Below, in pieces: positions 38,701 through 49,700 of a stretch of DNA of 64,000 bases. The DNA lies in assembly GCA_030248215.1 (NCBI GenBank), contig JASANG010000295.1, positions 62,001 through 126,000 of the forward strand, written 5' to 3'. Position 1 is the stretch's first letter; every line of letters begins with the position of its first letter. The notes beneath the pieces were generated by a model. It was not told the origin of the DNA and made no database searches. It saw only the letters and a list, made by a program, of their open reading frames with translations. A program made the translations under genes and the position numbers. The stretch is from Enoplolaimus lenunculus. Lineage: Eukaryota.

Positions 38701-41700
38701 ATTTCTATTCGGATTAGAATTCCGATTCAAAACGAGTTCCGATTCCGATTGCACAATCAACCGGAATCGGAATTTTAAAATTTTAATTTTAATATTACTT
38801 GTTTTGATACGTTGCGTAAAAATTCTGTATTATTTATCTATCTATTAAATTTCTTTCGATGAATTAACTATCCAATAATTCAATTGTAGTTTAGCATTAC
38901 AGGACCAATAATCATCGCCAATTTGTTCATGCAACCTTTTTGAACATTCTTGCCAGCCAACAGACACCCTAAATCAACATTATATTTTGTCAATACAAAT
39001 TATCCGTACAGTCACAAAATTTCTAGTTCCGATTCGGACTCTGATTACAATGCTGTGTAATCCAGTTCCGCTTTGAACCCTGCTATCTGTTTGGAATCGG
39101 CACCGGCAAACATTTTGGCATCGCACATCTCTAATAAAAACATTTCTTTACGATTAAATGTAAGGCAGACCAACGACCAATGTTACGATTGTACGGTTGC
39201 TCTTCATGCAGCGGAAGCCGAATATTAATCAGAAGGTGCGGATAATGACTTGAACCAAACTCAAATAACTCCATTGGTTGGCACTGGTATTCGTTCGTTT
39301 GATTCTAAATAGCAAACACAATAGTTAAAAAAACAACTACTCGTAGATATCTGTTTAAAAATCACGAAACATATGCAATTGGAAACATTAGTTACTCAAT
39401 AATATACACTTGAGAGATATTATGAAGTTTCTAGCTAACTTAATTTAGGAAGACACGACACGTCTAAATGAATTCTATTGCTACAAAGGTAATCTGTACA
39501 AATTTGCTTCACAAAAACAGTAATACAAGAATTAATCGCAACTATATAATACACTTTGCTTAGTTTTATGTCACATGAAAATTATTGAACAACAAAAAAT
39601 TTGGAAGTCTCCGCAATTATTTCAAACGCTTTATTTCTCATTCTTCACACTTGCCGATTCCTGGATACAGTCAAGACGGCGAGAAACTTTCGTATGCACA
39701 ATTTCTTTCCAATCGCTTGGTTGATCGCTTTCCAGCCTGTATCCAATTCGAACATCCAATAACAGTGGTGAATCAGGACCTGTACCGATACAAATACCTT
39801 AAAACTGAACAACCAAAGAAAACAAAACTTGAATCTATATTGAGTTAGTAAATGCTATTGCTAATACTGTTTTGACAAGAAAGACAAACACATCGGAACC
39901 CCACCTCATCATCCCAGCGCGGCAATCAGTTACAATAAAACACAATCTAGGAGTGTGCTGATTAATCGGCATCGGCATCAATAATAATCGGCAGTTTTCG
40001 TTAGTATCGGCATCGGCACTGCAAAAAAATGCCGATTCTTTTCCGATACTTTTGGCACATAACAGTTAGTTTGGATGCTATCAATTTCATTACTGGTCAC
40101 ATATCAGTGTGTACGGTCAGGAAAACCGATATCTTTCTTGCGTTTGTGTTTGAACAAACTAATTGAAATGAACCGTTCGTCTAAAATTACAATCGTTTGT
40201 GATGGTTTGGTTTTAAGACTTCATATAATGATGTAATGTAGTATATATTCTATCTGTTTATTAAGCATGGGGTACTAAAGTTGGAATCGGCATCGGCATT
40301 GGTTCGGCATCGGCAAAATTTAAAATATGAATAGGATTCGGTATCGGCATCGGCAAAATTTTGGTGTCGGCACATCTCTACACAATAATTCTGCGAATAA
40401 CAATTTACATTATTCGCAAATTTGTCGTTAAAAATCTCGCTCGTACTACCTCAATAAATAACGAGATACGAGGAAAACGCGACATTTTGATCTCCCCCGG
40501 ACTTTTTTGACATTTTAGATAATAATTCTTGCCCGTTTTAATCTGACCTGAAAATTAATAGTTTTTGCGCAGGTTTCCTCAATTAGCTATAATGCACTAT
40601 TTAGGAACTAAATTTTTCAGGAAAAGTAAAAGGAACCGGAATTTGAAATAATTTTCATCACCGAACTACTAAAACTTGCCAAAAATGGCTCAAGAGAATT
40701 TTCAGCTATTTCGTCATTAAGTTTTGAGAAAACACATCAGGAACAATTTAGTAACAAAATTAAACTAGGTACAAAAACACTAATTTTGACAAAAAATTTT
40801 TCAAACACAAAGTTTCTAATATTTAAATGATTATGAATAATTTGGCATAAACCCGTAAAAATTACGGTTCCTGCATCTTTGAATGCAGGAACAGGAACAG
40901 CAACAAGAATTGAATTTTTGCAGGAACTCCGGTTGAACCCTGCATGTTACCTAGTCTTAAAGCACTGACTATGTACGTTGTAATTTTGCGGGCTAATCTA
41001 TCCTACTGTAGTAAAAACAGAAGTGGATAGATACGTATGTTCACCCCGAAAACATCTCCAACCACCTCCGGAAATTTAGTTTCACAGTTGGCTACTTAGC
41101 TTGAAAGCAGGGATTGACCAGATATTAAATTTATCGGATACCGGAACCATCTAGTAAATTTTGTACCGAAACCGGATGTTAACCGGATATATACGTAGGA
41201 TCTAAATTGGTGCACTGTTAGAAGTATTTAAGTAGTGTAAAATATGTGTTCATAGAATTAAGATTAATTGCTAGCTTGGGTTATTCGTTTCATATCAGTT
41301 TCCACTCTCGATTTGCCTGGAATTGCAGTCGCTGCAAAATCTTTAGTGTATTTCGAAATGTAAAAACTAGTTTTATGATAATTAAACCACAACCGCAAAT
41401 ATCCAACGGTTGTTGTTTTTTGCCGGATGTTAAACCGGAACCGGATATCCGGTCGATCGCTGCCTGAAAGATAGCAAATGAGAGTTTTCAAACGTTAAAT
41501 AGCCAGTATAACCTATAGAAATTTAAGTTTTTAAAGGAGACAAAATTTGCATTTTCAGTTTACAAGCCATTTTCCTTTCAATATTCATCACTGCAGGTTT
41601 TACAGTCTAGTAGACGTGTAGCTTCTAGAGTTGCAACATTTAGAATTAAATACACCGAATGAGAATTTTTCGTCTAAAATACCCAGAATCACCGGACCCG

Positions 41701-42597
41701 GATAAAACTACAGTAGGTTCTCGTCAAGTAAGAAATATACACACACCTAATCGTGTTTGTTCATCGGCTTCAATATCTGGAACCAACAAACCAAGGAGCC
41801 ACTGAAATAGAGGAGAATAAGCAAGTTCGACACCTTCACGTGGCCCGGGTGTTTGAAACACAAAAATGATATCGTTCACTTCCGACAAACTTGAAATTGC
41901 ATGTGACCCAAGGTCATCAATACGCACACAGTTTGATGCGTCAAATGGTCGAATATAAAACCAGTCTCCAGATTTACGTCGGATATCAAGACATTGCGTT
42001 GCAATATGTGGCATACTACTTGTCGGTGCCGGAGCTAAAATTTTATTAAAGAAAATAAAAGTATTACGCGACTTAAAATTGAATGTGCTAAGCATCCATT
42101 CAATGGATATTGTATCCAAGAACAATATACGTACATTACAAATTTTTGCAGCGCAATGACCACACTGTCTGTAAAATATTTTGTATAATAGCATCAGGAT
42201 GACGCTGAATGCTGATGCAAATATAGAGCATTCATACGCAGAGGCCGAAATATATTGAATGGGCAAGCTACAAGAGTTATCGTTCTAGATAAGGCACAAA
42301 AATAACAAAAATCACACAACTGACTGCGAGACAGCAGGCTGTGCGCCTAACGCGCTTCACTGAGAATCTATTGGTCATAGGTTGGAACCTTCCTAAGACA
42401 GAACTGTGCTCGACCAACTTTTTTGACAAAACAAGTTGGTACACAATCGTAAGTACATTTTAAGCCGCGCGTTGGAGATCGAACTTACCAAAGATTCCAC
42501 CAGCTAAGAAACAAACAACGAGCACGACAGCAAGCACCGAGAACAGTGCAATCAGCTTGCGATTGCTGAGATTTTCAACAACTGCACCAGCTGCCAT
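32733..42597 (-). CDS. wls: Wntless / MIG-14 Wnt-secretion multipass membrane protein, ~562 aa, 13 exons
   Basis: Exons 42597-42489, 42034-41747, 39779-39655, 39304-39152, 36796-36660, 36089-36049, 35611-35484, 35170-35073, 34640-34577, 34310-34167, 33910-33827, 33617-33434, 32866-32733. Motifs: [40 protein letters not shown]...[76 protein letters not shown]. Confidence 0.96.
37129..38542. mobile_element. hAT-type non-autonomous element nested in 36964-39133
   Basis: TIR CAGGGCCGGATTAA / TTAATCCGGCACTG; GGGCCC subterminal repeats; perfect 8-bp TSD GTCTGTTC (37121-37128 and 38543-38550). Confidence 0.88.
38685..39082. mobile_element. ATTCCG-repeat MITE nested in 36964-39133; second copy at ~52630-52992
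   Basis: Ends CAAGGGTG / AACCCTG; flanks CGATCTG/CTATCTG; internal sequence colinear with 52630-52992 (e.g. ACACCCTAAATCAA, TACAAATTATCCGTA.AGTCA.AAAATTT.TAGTTCCGATTC). Confidence 0.75.
39948..40380. mobile_element. Uninterrupted ATCGGC-repeat MITE (related fragments at ~3533-3842, ~44274-44350, ~51143-51190)
   Basis: TAGGAGTGTGCTGATTAATCGGCATCGGC ... GTCGGCACATCTCTA; flanks CACAATC/CACAATA. Confidence 0.75.
41108..41465. mobile_element. CCGGAT-repeat hAT-like MITE; inverted copy at ~30090-30471
   Basis: Begins CAGGGATTGACC. GTAGGATCTAAATT.GT.CACTGTTA.AAGTATTT is shared, in reverse complement, with 30320-30352. Confidence 0.7.
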
Positions 42598-43473
42598 AAC
42601 CAGACTTCTGGGCTTGTAAGCTACAGTTTCGTAATACACTCTAAAGTCTAACTATTCGCGAGCAATGATAGGTATGTCAATGTTATGGGGGTCCTGCTCA
42701 CTTGGTGTGTTACACAAGAACAAGAAAAGCGTGACATATGCACCACTATTGAAGTACAAGAAGTATAACATCTTGATTCAACCCAATCGCACAGCTTTTA
42801 TCTACTTCACACAGGTGAAAAATTTCACACTAGCTATGTATTTAAATTTGTACTTTTGTCACACCAATTTTAATAAGGACCAAACCAAAACGAAACTCGC
42901 CATTCTGGCAAAGCTTCAAATAAACCTACGTACCAGAATTAGTATCTCAAAAAGAGGGCAGACAATAGTTGCATTGTAGTCCAAAATATTTCGAAAAAAT
43001 AATCATAGGCAACCAGATTAGTTTTTTACGTAAATTCCGCTCTGGCACGTTTAGCGAAAGTTTTCTAGCTGATATTGCTGAACACAAAACCTTAATGCAA
43101 GTAAAATACATTATGTAGCTCGATTGAAATTGATATTATTGCTATAATTTTAATGGTCTGGTTATGATTCAATTCTCTTTCGTTTGTCATATCATAGCTA
43201 GTCGTTTAATAATATCTTTTGTTGGGTTTATTCTGGGTGTTGCTAGAATGTCCAGCTGCGTCAAATATTTTTGAACAAAGCAATACAGAGAGTAATTTTG
43301 TACCAGTCGTTTTACGTATTGTCGTGTATTGCACGATGGAATACCCGAATAGTACATAGCACACCCATTAAAAAGTCAGCACGTAATAACATTGCCATAG
43401 TAGCTGCGCAGTACAGCGCGTAGTACACCAGTAAAACAACACATATAATAGCTAGCACAGGTAGTTGAAGCAG

Positions 43474-43548
43474 TTTCGCTATAGCTCAATTGGTAAGAGT
43501 GTTGGCCCGGTTAGCCAAAGGTCGCTGGTTCGAATCCAGCCGTGGTCA
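43474..43548 (+). pseudogene. tRNA-like element (tRNA pseudogene or SINE head) with intact D, anticodon and T arms but a non-canonical acceptor stem
   Basis: A box TAGCTCAATTGGTAAGAG; anticodon stem TTGGC/GCCAA with 7-nt loop CCGGTTA; variable loop AGGTC; T arm GCTGG-TTCGAAT-CCAGC (B box). Positions 1-7 (TTCGCTA) do not pair in register with 66-72 (CGTGGTC), and there is no U33 and no purine at 37. Confidence 0.75.
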
Positions 43549-43703
43549 ATTGTTTCAACTACTTCGCATTAGCATAAGACTCACATAGGGAAATGATACT
43601 GAAAGTATCCTTGGACCAGTTACGCAGGTTTTGTGATAGATACAAAAACGCGGTTCGTTTGTAGGCTTACGTACGTAGGTATATCTCTAGTCAATGAATT
43701 TGT

Positions 43704-46700
43704 ATGGATAATGTTTGTCATAGCAATACGGGCGATGAAGAGCCAACGGCAACCCACCTTATTGGTTCCAAATTAATGGATTGTTTGTCAAGCTCTGTTG
43801 AAGACTCTATGAGGTATATTCATCTTGAAGGCGAATTTCCTTCTTCAGTTTGCGTTTTGTTTGCGATAATTATCAAGTAGCTTTCGACAAATTTGGTATT
43901 TCAGTTTATGGATTAGTATCTCAAGTCTAAATTCAAACTTATACATTAGTCAGAAAGTGTAACTTTCAGTTGTTAAATTTGAGTTGACAACTTATCTTGA
44001 TTGCTTTAGACCAAATGTTGATCTTAGTACTTCGATGCACGACAAAATGCAGTTGGGCAGTCACGTAAGTATGGCTCGCTAATTTTAAAAATTTTATAGT
44101 TTTTTGTAAGCATACACAGCTGTACGTATGCTTATAGCTTGCCTATTGCTTAAAATTTTGCTGGCAGCATACATTTCAAGTCAATCATATTATCGTGGAT
44201 GAAAATGCAGTTTTAGGATTGCGTACGTACCGTGGTTCGCACTCTCTTTGCCCCAGCATTACTTTCCATCTGATAGGGATGTGTCGATTAATCGGTATAG
44301 ACACTAATAGATAATTTTTCTGAATATCGAGTTATCGCAACGTGTTTTTAAATTGCAGTTTGATGCTGATTTATGGGCGGCTATGAATTATCCAATGTAA
44401 TTGCGAGGCTGACATCCCCCATAATAAGCGTTCAAACGAAACAAGTTCATCAAAATCTGCTCCATCAGTGGTTCCAAGATTCGTGACCTTTTTGCCTCGA
44501 CAACAAAAGATAAACGCTTAGCGAAACTCTGAGCTTCGCTGAAAGAAAGAGTCATTTTATTGAACAAACTATATATAAGTCGTCAGTTGTAATCTATGTT
44601 TACTCGTATATGCATATTTTCAGGCTTCATGGAATGCACTTTATTCGCCGTTTGGCAACGCAGCCATGGCTGGAGACGGACAAGGAAACTATGACGTGAC
44701 ACAGATCGCTAAACACGATCACAGTCATGCCGGCGTACAGGTTCAAACACAAGTGCAAGGTGATTTTATGGCTCAGCCTGTTGATTTTGGCACCCCAAAT
44801 GCAATAATTACCAAGGAGCGTGCTAACGTGGTTAGTCCAAATGTTGTAAATGCGGACAAACCTTCAGCGTGTCAACCAATAAACAACGATAATAACGAGA
44901 AATTGTCATTGATTAATGGAAAAGTACTGCGAAATCGGAATGTAATCTCGACACAGCACACGCGTATTAAGCTGCCAGTTGCGAAATCATATAGCGATGT
45001 TGCCGCAAAAGCAGCTAAAAATGGCAGTGTTGGGTCGTCTGCAACCAGTCAGAGACCTGTAACGGCTTCTGAAACGTGTCATAGTGCTAAAGGATCGGTG
45101 TCTTCAGAATTTGATGACAGTAAGAGAAACTAATGATATAGTTATTTCTAAGCAGTTTCAGTTGCCGTAAGTCAGATGCTGTTAGGTTGCGGCATAGATT
45201 TAAAATATAAACTGGAGCGAATCGTTAATTCCTTATGACCAAAGCCGAATGTGGTTTCAGAATATTGTACGATTTAACTATACAATCGGCAGGATCATGT
45301 AGCATTATCAAGATTGATAGATTTTTACAGCAACATACATTTTGTGATTTTTGCAGTGATGAACTTTTTGGTTAACTCGAACTGAGTACGTAGATTTTGG
45401 ATTTTTCCAAGTCTTATTCCACTTTTCTACAGCATTATTTTAAACTCTAATGAATATCGTTATTTTATTTGTTTCATCAATAGTTCCAGCATTTGTGCAA
45501 TCAAATTGTTTCAGAATCATTGAATGCGCCTAAGGATTTGAGTTGTAATAACCTGATTGATTTACTGGACATCCATCAATCGTCGGTTACCAATGTTGAT
45601 AACGTTTTTAGTGACTCATTGACTGGGTCCGCAAATACGAATAGCAAAACAACTCTGAAGTCGCAAAATATAGCGCACTGTGATAACGGGGTGAACAAAA
45701 CAAAGTAATCTTTGGCGTTTTGTTACTTTTCGAGTACATAAGTATCATGCGTCATTGAGACTAGCTATTTAATCTTAGAATCCCAACAAGACACGTGGTT
45801 TTATTTCGAATATATACTATAGGGTGCAACCGGAATTACAATTTACCGGAACCGGAATTTGAAAAATTACCGAAACCGGATACAGACGTGAAAAATACAT
45901 GCCACCGAAAATTCATTTTTATTTTCTTTTTGCTGTATTATTGGTGAAGGATACTATTTATTAAATATAGTTGCTAAAACATACTTTAAAGTTAATATTA
46001 ACCAAATACTAGTATTGTGAGGTTTGACTAGTATCATAGTAGACTATGTCTACCTTTAAACATTTTCGAAGGTCTAACCTGCCTTTGCCTTATACATCTT
46101 GGCAGGTTTACCTACCTTGGTATGACCGAATTTGGTTTAATTTTCGCATGGATTAATTTACTGTGGCTTACAATTCAAGGTACCCTATGCCTACTTCAAC
46201 ATAATTTATTCACCGGGTTCTCGGAGACTATGTATGCCTTTATATACCGCTAATATTGCAGAATATTGTAATTGAATTTTTTTAGTAATAATTTTAAATA
46301 TTAATATTCATGCAAATGGAACGAAATTAGGATTTAATATGCACGAAAAAAATTTATATTGTTAAAAATACAATAAGTTATTCATATACCTGCTAAAATC
46401 TACCTTTATTTATCTTAGCAGGTCAAACCTGCCTTTATATTACCGGAAACCATGAAGTATCACATTTATTGATTTAATCCTTGTACTTACCTTAATGTAG
46501 CAGATTCCGTGTCTACCTATAAATATAACTATTACTTAACCGTCGGAAGCAAGCCATCTCTAGGGTTGGCATACTGGTAACACCTGTTATTTATACATAA
46601 ATGAAACGTGGACATGTAAATCAACTAAAAACACAGTGCCAAATATGTCTTGGAATATAGGTGATTACGGTATGTGGATCTTTTGAACACCCGCGGTCCG

Positions 46701-49700
46701 GTGGAGCTGATCCCAAGGGCTTGCTAAAACGTTATTTTTAACTATATTTTCTCTAATATTAAAAATATTTTATGTATAATTATAAACACACATTTCCCTT
46801 TGTTCAAACTCCCTATTGTAAATCGTAATTCAAAAGGTAATTCATTGGTGCTTGTTTAAATGTTGGTAACAAATGTGGGCGAGTTCAGTATTGTCAAAGA
46901 TAGGTTTTCACTTAATCCGCTGTATTCTAGATTTTCGTTATCCATCTACGGAAGAGAAATTTACCTTCTATAGCTCATTTTCGGTGATTATCAAGGTTTA
47001 TATACTATACTAATTAAATCTATTTTATTTTCATCGTCACAAATTGAACAAGTGGCCTTGAAGCTTCTTAAAGGTTAGAAAATTGAAAAACGACCAAAAG
47101 TAACACTACCGGAATTTTTAATTCCAATAAGAATTTACACCGGAACCGGAAACGGAACGTGAAAAGCGCCGGAACTGAAATTCTGATTGCACCCTGTATT
47201 AATACGTTTCGCGGGAATTTTCTTCGGAGTTTCTGGTAGAAGTGTCCATGTGCTCGATCAGATTGTGCCACCCCGGAGCACGCTGTGTTTCAGACCATGG
47301 TAGCAAAAAACTAGGTCTTCAAAATCTGAAATCATATTATACAGGAAAACTAACACCAACCTTATTTGAACACGTTTGTTTTGCTGAGAATGAAATAAGT
47401 AGGTATATACGTGTATATTGCTGGGATCATATTATTGGAAAAGTCATATCAACCTTGTTTGAACATGTAATTAAACGATTATATCTTGTAATCTTTCAAT
47501 CAGCATATATTGCGGCTTATTTTCAGAAAACTGTCTGGGAATGACACATCTAAAGAATCGGCTTTTTTGACTGATGAGGGTTTTATCGGCAGATTGTCCG
47601 CTGCGATGAGACCTAAGCGAAAACCTGGAGACAAATTTCAAGAGGTAGCTGCCATAAAATAGTTTTTCGTCTCAACTCTTGGTAAAAGTCAACTTTTTAT
47701 CTGTGGAACTGGCATTATTAACAATTTTTCATCGTTAAAGGCCGAAAACGTGTGTTTTCAAACATGAAACTTGTTATGTTTTAATAGACAGAGCCTTTTA
47801 AAAGAATTTGTCTTTTTCAAACGATAAGCTTTGTTTTTAATAAAATTATTGTGATGTTTTATAATACATATTTTTACTGTTACATATATTGCAATACAAT
47901 GCATGTTATTTGAATATTAAAGGTAACTCGACGTAAGAACTCTCGTTCTGGCACACCGTCGTCTGCGGCTAAAACTGTATCGAGTTCGGTAACCTCAAAT
48001 AGTACAATGAATATAACACGAATTAGTAAAGATGTCGATAATAGTAAACACAGTTTTGATTTGTACGGAACTTCTCTAAATTCGTCTGATAATGACGACA
48101 GTGTCTCATCTGTTAACAACGATGCAACCACAAACACTTGTCATCATGGCAACAATCAAAAATATGCAGCATCAGTTATCACAGATACTGTTAATGAATA
48201 TTCAATTCATCAGAAAAAATACTCGAATTCGTCTGGATCGCTGGTAAAAACCACTACAGGATCTAGTCGCAACAAAACAACCAATGATTCTTGGACGGCA
48301 CCACAAAATTGTCGACCAAAAGGTGTTTCCGGAGCGAAGAAATATGCCAGCCGACATTTTGATGCTTCAGGGGGCGGTGGATGTCATAGAAGTTCTCGCT
48401 CGTCAGCAGCGCGACGTGGTCTTTTTGCAAGTCTGACGGAAAATTTTCGAGCAGTTGCTGTTGCTAAGGCTTGGCTGGGTAAGCATAAAACTCATTTTTG
48501 TGCGAATTTTAGTTCGTTTCTGTGCAACTATGTTTAAGCGTGGGTATTGTTGATCAGTTACTTTCCTATCAACGAAGAATATACAAGAAGTGATCTTTTG
48601 TGTTTGCATTTTGAAGACATCCGTTGTATTTCAGAGCCGGCAGCGACTGTGGTAATTCATTGGGTAAAATACTGTACCATATGGCTTGTGGCTTTAATTG
48701 TCGATGTTGTTCATCAACTATGCGACATTGGGATGCACTGGTGAGAAAATATAATTCACATATATACACAATATGTGAAGCGTTTGTAAACGTAAACGAG
48801 GCAACTGTATGTTATTATATATTCCTCGCCAAAGAGCGAACGTAAATTAAAATTGTTTCAGTTAACCACTAAGACGTTGCATAAACTGTCTCTTGTAAAA
48901 CTGTGCAGTTTTTTATAATATCTGGTTTTTATTGTGAACAATTCAGACCCCGCCCGAACATTTCATTTGCTGGCATTTGAAGATCTAAAATATTGCTACG
49001 TACTCTTACTTGTAGCATAGGTCTTGTAAAAATCTTGTTTCTGATAGCCAGTTTCGATAAGCGATTATTATTTAGCGCGAAACATTCATACGTTCGCATC
49101 TGTACCGTGCTGCGACGCACGTTGCACTATGTTTCGGAGAAGCACGCACGAATTGTTCAGCGATTTCTTCGGATACATTGGAGATTTTGGAGAAAACATG
49201 ACCCTAACACAACAGGAGACATTGGACAAAACGCTGGTGATAACGAAGGATTCGGCTTGAACGAACCAATTACGCTTCCGGAAACTGGTCAGTGGTGCCT
49301 TGCTATCAAACCGTTATAATTATGATGGTTAGATTGTGGGAAATAGCTGCTGTTTCCTGGCTCTCCACTAAACCATATGTATCAATTAATATTTAAACCT
49401 GTCGTCGCTTAAACCGGCCACCAAGAAAGGATGAGAGTCTCGACCTCAGCAAGTCTCGGTATTTAACAGGGCTGAGACCGCTCATCCCTGCTATCAAGCA
49501 ACGCTTATATGAGTTTTTGGGCTGTCACGCAATTTAGCAATTAATTCCTAATCTTAAAACATTTTCAGGTGAAGAAGCAATGAGAAGGTTGTTATCTTGT
49601 CGTGGCCAAGACGCTTATAGGTAACGGTGCTGAAACGAATCTGTGTCTTTGCAGACAAACTCAAGTGTGTGTTGTGACATGCAATAGCTTATGTGCAATG

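Larger units (their letters stand above)
36964..39133. mobile_element. hAT-like MITE (TAGAGATGTG-type ends, ATCGGC repeats) interrupted by nested insertions
   Basis: Ends TAGATATGTGTCGAT / ATCGCACATCTCTA; TSD ATAAGAAC/ATAAAAAC. Removing the inserts restores colinearity with the uninterrupted copy at 39948-40380. Confidence 0.8.

Noticed and set aside
40450..40547. Open exon-like segment on minus in Wntless intron 2 (TTTTCAG|GTCAG...GAG|GTAGTA)
   Set aside because: It enters in phase 1 and exits in phase 0, so it would frameshift exon 3. It has no Wntless similarity and a weak donor.
43474..43548. Functional tRNA-Thr(GGT) or tRNA-Asn gene
   Set aside because: The acceptor stem does not pair in register and the anticodon loop lacks U33 and purine 37. 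Kept only as a tRNA-like element.
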